Counted from the first letter of the stretch, positions 8,132 through 15,290 are shown. The stretch: DNA of 24,000 nt from Gemella sp. 27098_8_92 (GCF_041433685.1 NZ_JAPWBZ010000004.1:145280-169279), one strand, 5' to 3'. Program-made: numbers and translations. Notes: generated from the sequence alone by a model not told the origin.

Positions 8132-8773
8132 AATATTTACCCCCAAAGGTCCCTGACCACCAATTATTAACCCTACATTATGTTGATGAAAGATTATAAT
8201 TCAATAGAGTCCGCCTTAGCGGCCAAGGCGCTTTAGGCAAGGGGATTATCAAGGTATTTTTATCAAAAGTTGGCGGTTTAAATCAACTTTTAGAAATACT
8301 CAAAATTTTTAAATTTACTGTTTTTCTCTTATCTCTATATTAAGTGTATCAGAGTTTCCGTAATAAATCAACACCTATTTATTAAAATATTTTGTTTATT
8401 ATATAGTAGTCTGAAGTTTTTATATTTTGTTTTTTAGACTAAAATCAAAATATTAATAATTATTTTCACTTTATGTATACCATAATAAAACAAACTTTTA
8501 TTTATCTTTACGTTTTCATAAATTTTTATTTTTATGTAAATAATAATAATTTTAAAATTTATAAAATATTATTTTTTTATGTTTTTTTATGTTTAAAGAT
8601 TAAAATTTTTATTTTTCTTTATCTAGTGTTTTTCAATAATATATATTTTCACTCCACTAACATACACCTGTATTTTTCACAAACACCTCCCTAAAGCAGC
8701 CACCTTTTTTATCTTCCTTAATTTTTCTAATTATGTTACAATGAAAATAACTTTAATACCGAGGAGAAACGTT

Positions 8774-9616
8774 ATGATTACTAAAGAAATGATTAAAAAA
8801 GTTATCGAAAAAGTTATCGCAGAAAACCAAAAAGAATGTATTAATATTAAGACCCACATAAACAAAAATCTAACTATCTTCGACAGCAAATTTGGAGGTA
8901 TTCCTTATCTTCCTAAAGATTTCGAAGTACCATGTGATTCATCTTCTAATCAAGAGCAGTTTGCCCTACTCGCACAAATAAACTGTGCTGAACTGCCGGA
9001 AAACAACCTTTATCCTAAAGTTGGTATTTTGCAATTTTGGATTGGTCGCGATGATCTTATGGGGCTTGAAAATGATTATAAAGTAGTTTACTTTGAAAAT
9101 ATCGATAATACTATTACTAGCGAAGAAGTTCTTACTAAATACAAACCTCTTGATCCAGAAGACTATGATCAATATTCTCCATTTGATCCGACAAACGCCG
9201 AATTTGGTCTAACTTTCGAAAAAGGTATTTCTACAATCACCGTTGCAGATTATAGATTTGAAGATATAGTAATAAACGCTATTCGCGAATTATATCCAGA
9301 TGAAAAAGTGTCAAATCTTTATTGTGATTTAGATAATGATGTTTACGAATATTTTTATGATTCATTAAAAGGATTAAGTCACGCTATTGGTGGATATCCA
9401 AACTTTACACAATGGGATCCTCGCGGTTACAATTCCGAAGCGGGAGAACAGTCACCTTATGACATAATGCTCCTTCAGGTAGAAACTGAATGGGAGAAAG
9501 ACAGTGATGTTGAAATTATGTGGGGCGATTCCGGTGTTGGGAACTTCTTTATCTCGGAAGAAAATTTAAAAAATCTTAACTTTGATGATGTCCTTTTTAA
9601 TTGGGATTGTAGTTAG
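8774..9616 (+). CDS. DUF1963 / YwqG-family protein
   Basis: Family-typical blocks: FGGIPYLP, LLAQINCAELP, GILQFWI and MWGDSGVGNFFI. I prefer the ATG at 8774 (SD GAGGAG at 8761-8766) over the tracked 8741 start, which has no SD. Confidence 0.85.
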   Translation: MITKEMIKKVIEKVIAENQKECINIKTHINKNLTIFDSKFGGIPYLPKDFEVPCDSSSNQEQFALLAQINCAELPENNLYPKVGILQFWIGRDDLMGLENDYKVVYFENIDNTITSEEVLTKYKPLDPEDYDQYSPFDPTNAEFGLTFEKGISTITVADYRFEDIVINAIRELYPDEKVSNLYCDLDNDVYEYFYDSLKGLSHAIGGYPNFTQWDPRGYNSEAGEQSPYDIMLLQVETEWEKDSDVEIMWGDSGVGNFFISEENLKNLNFDDVLFNWDCS

Positions 9617-9625
9617 ATAAAAAGA

Positions 9626-9657
9626 AAAAGTGATGAATTTTTTTCATCACTTTTTTT
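9626..9657. terminator. Bidirectional terminator between convergent DUF1963 and tmcAL genes
   Basis: Perfect 12-bp stem AAAAGTGATGAA (9626-9637) / TTCATCACTTTT (9643-9654) with a 5-nt loop and T/A runs on both sides. Confidence 0.75.
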
Positions 9658-10789
9658 ATACCAATTCTATTTTTTCTCTAAATATGTCTGGTTTTTCCGC
9701 TATTAAATTATAAATACGGGCCACCTTAATGTCTTGTACAAAGTACATGCTGTTAGAGCTGTTTAACACCGAAACTAAAGTTATCTTTTCTTCTTTGTTA
9801 ATTTCGCGTATCAACCCTGATTTCTCACTTTTTACCGCAAGCACACGAAATACCTTCGTTCCGAAGATCTTTTCATAATCATCACGAGTAGTATTTGTTA
9901 AAATATGGATTAACAAGCGTTGGATTTTCTTTTTGCTATACCTTTTTGTAATGACTAACTCTACCAACTCTCCATAGTTTTTCGCACTAAGAGCCGCTTC
10001 GAAAATTCTATTTTCCAAACCTTCTCTCATGTCATAGATGTTTTTTAATCCATCTTTTCCTAAAGAGATAATTTTATACTTTAATAATTCGAAAAAATCT
10101 TCTTCCGTTGGTATTTTACTAGCTCTAATATCCTCAAGTAGTTCTTTTGATATATAACTCGTTATCTCTTCTGACATAATATTTTTTCTAATAGCAGTAG
10201 CACTCAAGTGCTGTACCATTTCTAAATTTTCATTATTAAGATTTTGCCCTGTTCTTTTTACAGGTACTAGTTTTATATGTGGTGCAAATTCTTTTATCAT
10301 CTTGTAATAGCTATACGCTAGATTAAAATTGGGATTATTGTTGGAAATTCCATACAACTCGCCATTGATTTTGGCAAAACTATATCCTTGCTTTAATAAC
10401 TCTCGGTATTTTTCAGGAGGCGTTTCCTGTTGCTTTTTGTATATTTCTTCAAAAATTTCAATATCTATTTCTTCTGTTCCAAAAATAAGGTGTGTTGTCC
10501 CCGCACCATCAAGGATTTCAATGCTTTTCCTTGCAAAATCATCACTATAAGCAACGCTTCCCAAATAAGGTAAGGCGATAACTAAACTACAACCACTCTT
10601 TACAGCTTCCTTTGCACGAGTATAGCCATCTGTAATAGCAACTTCACCCCTTTGGGTGAAATATTCACTCATAACACAGACTATTTCTCCATCAGCTCCA
10701 TTAGCAGCTATTAAATTTTGTGCTTGTTCTATTAAGTATTTATGCCCACTATGGAGAGGATTAAACTCCGCGATTATTCCTATTCTCAT
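9656..10789 (-). CDS. tmcAL: tRNA(Met) cytidine acetate ligase (YlbM/UPF0348 family)
   Basis: The N-terminal nucleotidyltransferase motif IIAEFNPLHSGHKYLI matches the HxGH-type motif of B. subtilis YlbM/TmcAL. Length and downstream blocks (MSEYFTQRGE, ALPY, FGTE) also match. Confidence 0.85.
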   Translation of the reverse strand: MRIGIIAEFNPLHSGHKYLIEQAQNLIAANGADGEIVCVMSEYFTQRGEVAITDGYTRAKEAVKSGCSLVIALPYLGSVAYSDDFARKSIEILDGAGTTHLIFGTEEIDIEIFEEIYKKQQETPPEKYRELLKQGYSFAKINGELYGISNNNPNFNLAYSYYKMIKEFAPHIKLVPVKRTGQNLNNENLEMVQHLSATAIRKNIMSEEITSYISKELLEDIRASKIPTEEDFFELLKYKIISLGKDGLKNIYDMREGLENRIFEAALSAKNYGELVELVITKRYSKKKIQRLLIHILTNTTRDDYEKIFGTKVFRVLAVKSEKSGLIREINKEEKITLVSVLNSSNSMYFVQDIKVARIYNLIAEKPDIFREKIELV

Positions 10790-10914
10790 CTCTTACCTCC
10801 TTTACCTAAATTCTAAATCATCAATCTATAAATCTATATAATAAAGGGATGATCCTGTTGCAACTCCATTTCTCTTGGAAACTTCATCTATAGCATCACC
10901 CCTGTTATAAGTTA

Positions 10915-11433
10915 CTAGTTATCTTTTTTTGCACTCGTATCTTCAAAAATGTCCACAGTCCAACCAAGAAGAGTACCATCTTCTGCACTTACCTTACTGA
11001 TAGAAAATTGTCTTGGTTTTTTATCTTCTTTTACCAATCGTTCTATCTCTTTATTACCGTATTCTAGCGCTTCACTTTGAGTTTTAAACACTTTTCCAGT
11101 TGTTCCAACCCCTTCATTATGAGAAACTTTTTTACCATTATATTCTTTAGTTCCTACATAATTATTTTTATTGCTCGCTTGATTATTTGCACCTTGGCTT
11201 CCTATTATATTGCCAGATTCTTGTTTTTCTTGAGTGTTTTTACTATTTTGAGATTTGTATCTTTCCTCGTCAGTATTTTTATCTTGTTTTTTATCCAATT
11301 TTTGAGCAGAGGTTTTTTCAGATTTCTTAGAATCTCCTCCACTAAAGTAACTATATCCTAAAAATACTATGCAAACAACAAATATCGCTAATACAACTCC
11401 CCAAAGTATTTTTAATAATTTATTATTCTTCAT
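10915..11433 (-). CDS. Membrane-anchored protein with a Q/K/N/E-rich low-complexity linker and a small C-terminal domain (paralog B)
   Basis: MKNNKLLKILWGVVLAIFVVCIVFLGYSYFSGGD and FKTQSEALEYGNKEIERLVKEDKK align with the termini of the 5854..6375 product. The lengths are almost identical (172 vs 173 aa). Confidence 0.7.
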   Translation of the reverse strand: MKNNKLLKILWGVVLAIFVVCIVFLGYSYFSGGDSKKSEKTSAQKLDKKQDKNTDEERYKSQNSKNTQEKQESGNIIGSQGANNQASNKNNYVGTKEYNGKKVSHNEGVGTTGKVFKTQSEALEYGNKEIERLVKEDKKPRQFSISKVSAEDGTLLGWTVDIFEDTSAKKDN

Positions 11434-11468
11434 AATATAAGACCTCTATAAATTTAAAATTCAAGTAT

Positions 11469-11497
11469 ATTATACCACTTATTAAATATTTTAGCAA
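11469..11497 (-). promoter_or_regulatory. Sigma-A promoter with extended -10 for paralog B
   Basis: The minus strand reads TTGCTA-17 nt-TATAAT, with TGG immediately upstream of the -10 (TGnTATAAT). It lies about 35 nt upstream of the ATG. Confidence 0.55.
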
Positions 11498-11544
11498 AAT
11501 TAGACGATATTTTGCATTTTGACTCTAATAGCTATCCGTTTTTT

Positions 11545-11985
11545 CTACTTATTAAAAATTTTAATAAAGCGTTTTTGAGTTTTATCACAAGTATAACCAA
11601 TACTTTCATAGAATCTATGAGCTCCTATACGGTAGCTTGCAGAATTTAACCTAATGTACTTTACATTATTTTTTAAGGCTATTTCCTCAATAAATTTCAT
11701 TAGATTTTGACCAATACCTTTCCCTTGGAAACTAGACTCAACCGCTAATCCTAATATATTTAATCCAACATCACTATATAAATTTTCATACATCTCCGCA
11801 TGAACAAAACCAACAACCTTTTTCGTCCTGTTATCTTCATATACCGCTATTATATGATGTTTATTATCAATAGATAACTTTTCAATCTGTGTTTCCACTA
11901 CATTAATACCCACATTATAACCTAACTCATTTTTACAAAGTTGTTGTATATCTTTTGCATCCAGTACATTTATAACTCTTATCAT
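11545..11985 (-). CDS. GNAT family N-acetyltransferase
   Basis: 146 aa. The acetyl-CoA binding motif A region is LAVESSFQGKGIGQNLMKFIEEIA, followed by a typical ...FYESIGY tail. Confidence 0.85.
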   Translation of the reverse strand: MIRVINVLDAKDIQQLCKNELGYNVGINVVETQIEKLSIDNKHHIIAVYEDNRTKKVVGFVHAEMYENLYSDVGLNILGLAVESSFQGKGIGQNLMKFIEEIALKNNVKYIRLNSASYRIGAHRFYESIGYTCDKTQKRFIKIFNK

Positions 11986-12291
11986 ATTATACCCCCTAGC
12001 ATACCTATCTGTTCAAGTTTAATGATACACCCCTAAAAATAATGCTTACCATTCGTTAGTCTATATCTTTCGTTAGTTTGTTAAACCTCTTAAGATAAGA
12101 CCCCCAATCTTATTATTCTCTTTAAATATCTATTTATATTATATTATTCCTGAAAAATTATTTCTACTATCAACCTAGCTAATTTCTTTTAAAACTCTAT
12201 CTACAGATTCTTTAATAGCCTTTATCCCAGAGAGCGTTTGGTTAGATGTCTTTTTGGGCTCATTGACGTTTTATTTTGGAAATTGAGTAAG

Positions 12292-12320
12292 AAAAAACAG
12301 CAAACCTTTGTGGTTTACTG
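12292..12320 (-). terminator. Rho-independent terminator of the yjdF-like gene (copy A of a repeated terminator)
   Basis: On the minus strand CAGTAAACC-acaaa-GGTTTGCTG is followed by T6. There is one internal mismatch. It lies 42 nt after the stop codon. Confidence 0.6.
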
Positions 12321-12361
12321 TTTTGGTGGTTTAGGATAATCCTTTTGGGGAGAATACCTTA

Positions 12362-12778
12362 TTATTTTCCTCTATGTTTTTGTTTGCGTTTTTCTTGTTT
12401 TAATTCAAATTTTCTTCGGTTTTCTAACTCTCTTATTTGCTTACTTTCTTTTTTTCTTTCCAATTTCATTTCTTCTCTTTGTTTCTGTAATGCTAACTGA
12501 GATTTTGTTCCTATCCCTACTTGTTTACTTTGTTTTTTCACTTCTCTTTGCAATCTTTTAGGATTATTCTTTATTTTTTTAACCTTAACTTCTAGGCTTA
12601 AACCAAACTTTAAATTTTTATAATTTTTTAAAATAAAATCATATACTTCATAATCCTTTGGTTCTGCACCAAATACTACTCTGCATACTGATAACTTATT
12701 TTTTTCTACACATTCAAAAACACCTACCCAAAATGGATTATCAAAAAAAACCGTTAATTTGCCTGCTATTTTTTCCAT
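12362..12778 (-). CDS. yjdF: YjdF-family (DUF2992) protein
   Basis: The N-terminal half LTVFFDNPFWVGVFE......LSVCRVVFGAEPKDYEVYDFI matches what I recall of B. subtilis YjdF. It is followed by the lysine/arginine-rich tail NPKRL....KK.....GIGTKSQ.AL....E..K.ERK........E.....K.....K..KHRGK. SD AAGGAGGG. Confidence 0.8.
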   Translation of the reverse strand: MEKIAGKLTVFFDNPFWVGVFECVEKNKLSVCRVVFGAEPKDYEVYDFILKNYKNLKFGLSLEVKVKKIKNNPKRLQREVKKQSKQVGIGTKSQLALQKQREEMKLERKKESKQIRELENRRKFELKQEKRKQKHRGK

Positions 12779-12924
12779 AACAGAACCCTCCTTAATACTT
12801 TATTGAAGAATGGACAACCCGGAGGGGAAGGTTACTTACCTAAATAAAATAATTTAGATGACTGGGCTACCTACCAGTTCTAATACATTAAAAAATATAT
12901 ATTGCGTTTTTATCTTCAAATTAT
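12779..12924 (-). promoter_or_regulatory. Structured 5' leader of the yjdF-like gene; candidate yjdF-type riboswitch with an anti-SD element
   Basis: The leader carries unusually G+C-rich blocks for this region. CCCUCC (12826-12821) is complementary to the SD GGAGGG (12791-12786). A separate hairpin ACTGG-N8-CCAGT lies at 12861-12878. I did not verify the consensus. Confidence 0.3.
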
Positions 12925-13289
12925 TTTCTTATTATACCATATTTCACCTTGATTTTATAGCTATACTTCATACAGTTTTTTCTATATTCTTTATTGGTAG
13001 CTTTTTGAATGAGAAAGCTGTCAGCGGGGTTTGCGGAGCATTATTAACAAATATTGCAGGTTGGTTATCTGGAGTTTTTATTCCTATTGACTTGATAGGT
13101 GGTGCATTCAAAGCTATAACCAATATCTTATCGTTTTATCATAGTGTAGAGGCAATAAAGTTAAGTTTAATAAATGGTGATTTCAGTAACATTCTCCCTC
13201 ACTTAAGTATTGTAATGGGTTATACAAGCATTATTTTTGTTTTTGCCATTATCACTTTTAATCGTAAAATGGCCGGAGAAAAAGCATAA
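12858..13289 (+). pseudogene. 3' remnant of an ABC-2 type permease gene (N-terminal two thirds missing)
   Basis: Only the last 100-110 codons look genuine: GALLTNIAGWLSGVFIPIDLIGGAFKAITNILSFYHSVEAIKLSL...IVMGYTSIIFVFAIITFNRKM, a typical ABC-2 C-terminus. The first 30-45 codons overlap the yjdF promoter and leader. There is no SD and no upstream ATPase gene. Confidence 0.4.
12931..12939 (-). promoter_or_regulatory. Extended -10 promoter element for the yjdF-like gene
   Basis: The minus strand reads TGGTATAAT (TGnTATAAT). Only a weak -35 is present. It would give a leader of about 145 nt. Confidence 0.4.
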
Positions 13290-13343
13290 AAAGTAAAGTC
13301 TAACTAATTATTTCAAAATATATAAAAAATTAGAGGTGTACTT

Positions 13344-13595
13344 TCATTTATATTGATTATATTTTATTTTTCGTCTATACTTAGGTATAAATACAATATG
13401 GTATTTATATAACCATTTTGTATACGATAAACTATTATGTTTATTTGCCATATGAAAAACATCCTTTCTTATAGAGTTTGAACTACTTTTACTTTATCAA
13501 GAAAGGATGTTTTTTTACTTATTTAACTTTTTTCTCACACCCGCATAACAGGTGGTTTTTCATAGGCTTTGCCCCCTCAACTGGTTAAAACCACA
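13344..13595 (-). mobile_element. IS200/IS605-family remnant: left-end hairpins plus the first ~30 codons of tnpA, remainder deleted
   Basis: The minus-strand mini-ORF 13451..13344 reads MANKHNSLSYTKWLYKYHIVFIPKYRRKIKYNQYK*. SL.YTKW..KYHIVF.PKYRRK is the conserved N-terminus of Y1 transposases (IS200 TnpA), which are normally about 150 aa. Just upstream lie a perfect 16-bp inverted repeat (13455-13470 / 13499-13514) and a GTGGTTTT/AAAACCAC repeat (13552-13559 / 13588-13595). Confidence 0.6.
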
Positions 13596-13625
13596 AAAAA
13601 ATAGCAAACCTATTTGATTTACTAT
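13595..13625 (-). terminator. Rho-independent terminator of the merR-family gene (copy B of the repeated terminator)
   Basis: On the minus strand ATAGTAAA-N9-TTTGCTAT is followed by a T-run. It is sequence-related to 12292-12320. Confidence 0.5.
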
Positions 13626-13643
13626 TTTTGGGCAAATTAAATT

Positions 13644-14390
13644 CTATTTTTCACCTTTTTCTTGCTTTACATATTGTTGAATAGCATCACATACATATTG
13701 CGCTGTTCCCTCACCAAATTTATCTAGGTTGTTTTTAAATTCTATATTTTGAACATATCCATGACCAATACTTGAAAATACATCTATTGAGCAATCAAAA
13801 GCATATTTACAAAGATGTTTATGAAGTTTTTCTGCTAAATCTATATTTTCTTTAGATGTAGCACTTATTTCTTTTGTTATATTTTCAGAAAAAGCAAAGA
13901 ATATTTCATTGAAACCATCCGCTATTTCTTGTTCTTTTCCTTTTTGTTTTTCAACAGCTTCTTCTATAACTTCTTTCCCATACATATCAATTGCAGCTTG
14001 TTTATATTTTTGGTTATCTTGATATCTAAACCCACTAAATTTTTCTTTTGCTGACATAGTAATTCTCCTTTCTTGTGACTCTATTGTTTTCTCCAATGTT
14101 TTTAATAAAGTTAAGAGTTTTTGTTTTTCTTTTTGCATTAAATCAAGTTGTTTTCTCAGATGATATAATACTTCACTATCTTCTTTTTTTAACAATTCTT
14201 TTATTTTCTTTAAAGGAAACCCCAAGTACTTATAGAACAATATCATTTGTAAAAATGAAATATCTTCTTCAGAATAATATCTATATCCATTTTCTTTTTT
14301 TTGGGGAGATAGCAAACCAATTTCATCATAATGGTGTAAAGTGCGCACCGATACACCGCTTAATTCGCTAACTTTTTTAATCAAATACAT
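13644..14390 (-). CDS. MerR family transcriptional regulator with a TipAS-like C-terminal effector domain (TipA/Mta type)
   Basis: N-terminal MerR HTH: YLIKKVSELSGVSVRTLHHYDEIGLLSPQKKENGYRYYSEEDISFLQMILFYKYLGFPLKKIKELL. A coiled-coil follows, then a roughly 130-aa C-terminal domain of the TipAS kind. Confidence 0.9.
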   Translation of the reverse strand: MYLIKKVSELSGVSVRTLHHYDEIGLLSPQKKENGYRYYSEEDISFLQMILFYKYLGFPLKKIKELLKKEDSEVLYHLRKQLDLMQKEKQKLLTLLKTLEKTIESQERRITMSAKEKFSGFRYQDNQKYKQAAIDMYGKEVIEEAVEKQKGKEQEIADGFNEIFFAFSENITKEISATSKENIDLAEKLHKHLCKYAFDCSIDVFSSIGHGYVQNIEFKNNLDKFGEGTAQYVCDAIQQYVKQEKGEK

Positions 14391-14413
14391 TCAATCTCCT
14401 CCTAACAATTATA

Positions 14414-14444
14414 AGTATATACTATTACGTTGCGTTATAGTCAA
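14414..14444 (-). promoter_or_regulatory. MerR-type promoter (19-bp spacer) with an imperfect dyad operator
   Basis: The minus strand reads TTGACT-19 nt-TATACT. The dyad ACTAT.ACG.-T-.CGT.ATAGT (14421-14441, 8/10 symmetric positions) occupies the spacer. The -10 lies about 23 nt upstream of the ATG. Confidence 0.6.
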
Positions 14445-14490
14445 CATATTTTTTCTTTTTTTTATTTTTTCTTTTTTTTTGATTTGAGCT

Positions 14491-14535
14491 AAAAAATAAC
14501 TAAGTATAAGATTTACAGTTTCTATCTTAGTTATT
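14491..14535 (-). terminator. Terminator of the 15809..14568 two-gene unit
   Basis: 10-bp stem AATAACTAAG (14495-14504) / CTTAGTTATT (14526-14535) with a 21-nt loop. A T-run follows on the minus strand. Confidence 0.5.
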
Positions 14536-14567
14536 ATTGAATTATTAACTAATAAATAAGTACCAAT

Positions 14568-15185
14568 CTACTTACGATACTCTTCTAGTTTATACGCATA
14601 TTCTGTTAAAAGATTCTTTGAATAGATTTTTTCCTTTTCTGAGTTTCTAACTTCTTTCCAAAGAATAGAAGCTACTTTTAATTTATTCGAATAATTTCTA
14701 CTATTTTCATCTGCACAAAAATCCTTTAAAAATTGATTCCATTGACAAACAGAATTATCATATTTTGCATAGTCCGATTTGCCATAATAAACTTTTAGCA
14801 AATCTTCTATTGTAAATTTTATATTTTTCTCGCTTTTTACTTTTCTCCAAGCGGTAGCCATATCAGCAGTAAATTTAAACGGTGAGATTCCTGTTAAAGT
14901 GGAGAAGTATTCCCTAAACTTTGCATTGAAGGAAAAACCACATTCAAGTAATGGCGTATCCAAAGTAATATTTTCCACTTGTTTTTTTGTGTTTTTTATT
15001 GATGATTTTTTAATTAAATTTCCTTTAAAATACTGCTCAATAATATGATTTAGTTCTTGCTTTGTACCTCTATATTCTAATCCTAACGACTTGCATATCT
15101 GTGAAATTTCTTCACGATACCAATAATATTTATTAAACTCGTCAAACGATGTAATTTTTTCAAATTTTGGTCTTTTTTCTATCAA
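14568..15185 (-). CDS. Hypothetical cytoplasmic protein; N-terminal SAP/HeH-like segment (uncertain)
   Basis: 205 aa. TTG start with SD AAGAGGAG 8 nt upstream. The N-terminal FDEFNKYYWYREEISQICKSLGLEYRGTKQELNHIIEQYF looks like a helix-extension-helix (SAP-like) module. The rest is unassigned. Confidence 0.7.
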   Translation of the reverse strand: MIEKRPKFEKITSFDEFNKYYWYREEISQICKSLGLEYRGTKQELNHIIEQYFKGNLIKKSSIKNTKKQVENITLDTPLLECGFSFNAKFREYFSTLTGISPFKFTADMATAWRKVKSEKNIKFTIEDLLKVYYGKSDYAKYDNSVCQWNQFLKDFCADENSRNYSNKLKVASILWKEVRNSEKEKIYSKNLLTEYAYKLEEYRK

Positions 15186-15290
15186 TCTTTTAACTCCTCT
15201 TAAACAATCTATTTCATACTATTATTCTCTCAATAACCCTATTACTTCTTTATTTCCACAAAATCCTCACTTTATAATTTTTGTTTTATC

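Noticed and set aside
8141-8290. Possible SRP (4.5S/scRNA) or tRNA-like gene in the G+C-rich island
   Set aside because: GCGGCCAAGGCG and GGTCAGGGACC vaguely recall SRP domain IV, but they lie on opposite strands, and the GGAA tetraloop context is absent. No tRNA T-arm (GGTTCGAATCC-like) is present. It is left as an unclassified candidate RNA.
8473-8694. 73-aa ORF in the AT-rich spacer upstream of the DUF1963 gene
   Set aside because: The product is almost only F/Y/I/N/K/L, as expected from translating near-pure A/T DNA. It has no SD, so I treat it as non-coding.
12190-12285. Minus-strand open frame ...NVNEPKKTSNQTLSGIKAIKESVDRVLKEIS* downstream of the yjdF terminator
   Set aside because: It is only 31 codons, has no start codon, and is preceded directly by a stop. 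It might be the C-terminal scrap of a lost gene, but I cannot recognise it.
12735-12745. A8/T8 homopolymer inside the 5' part of the yjdF-like coding sequence as a phase-variation switch
   Set aside because: Runs of this length are common in such AT-rich genomes. The frame is intact here, and nothing suggests slippage without population data.
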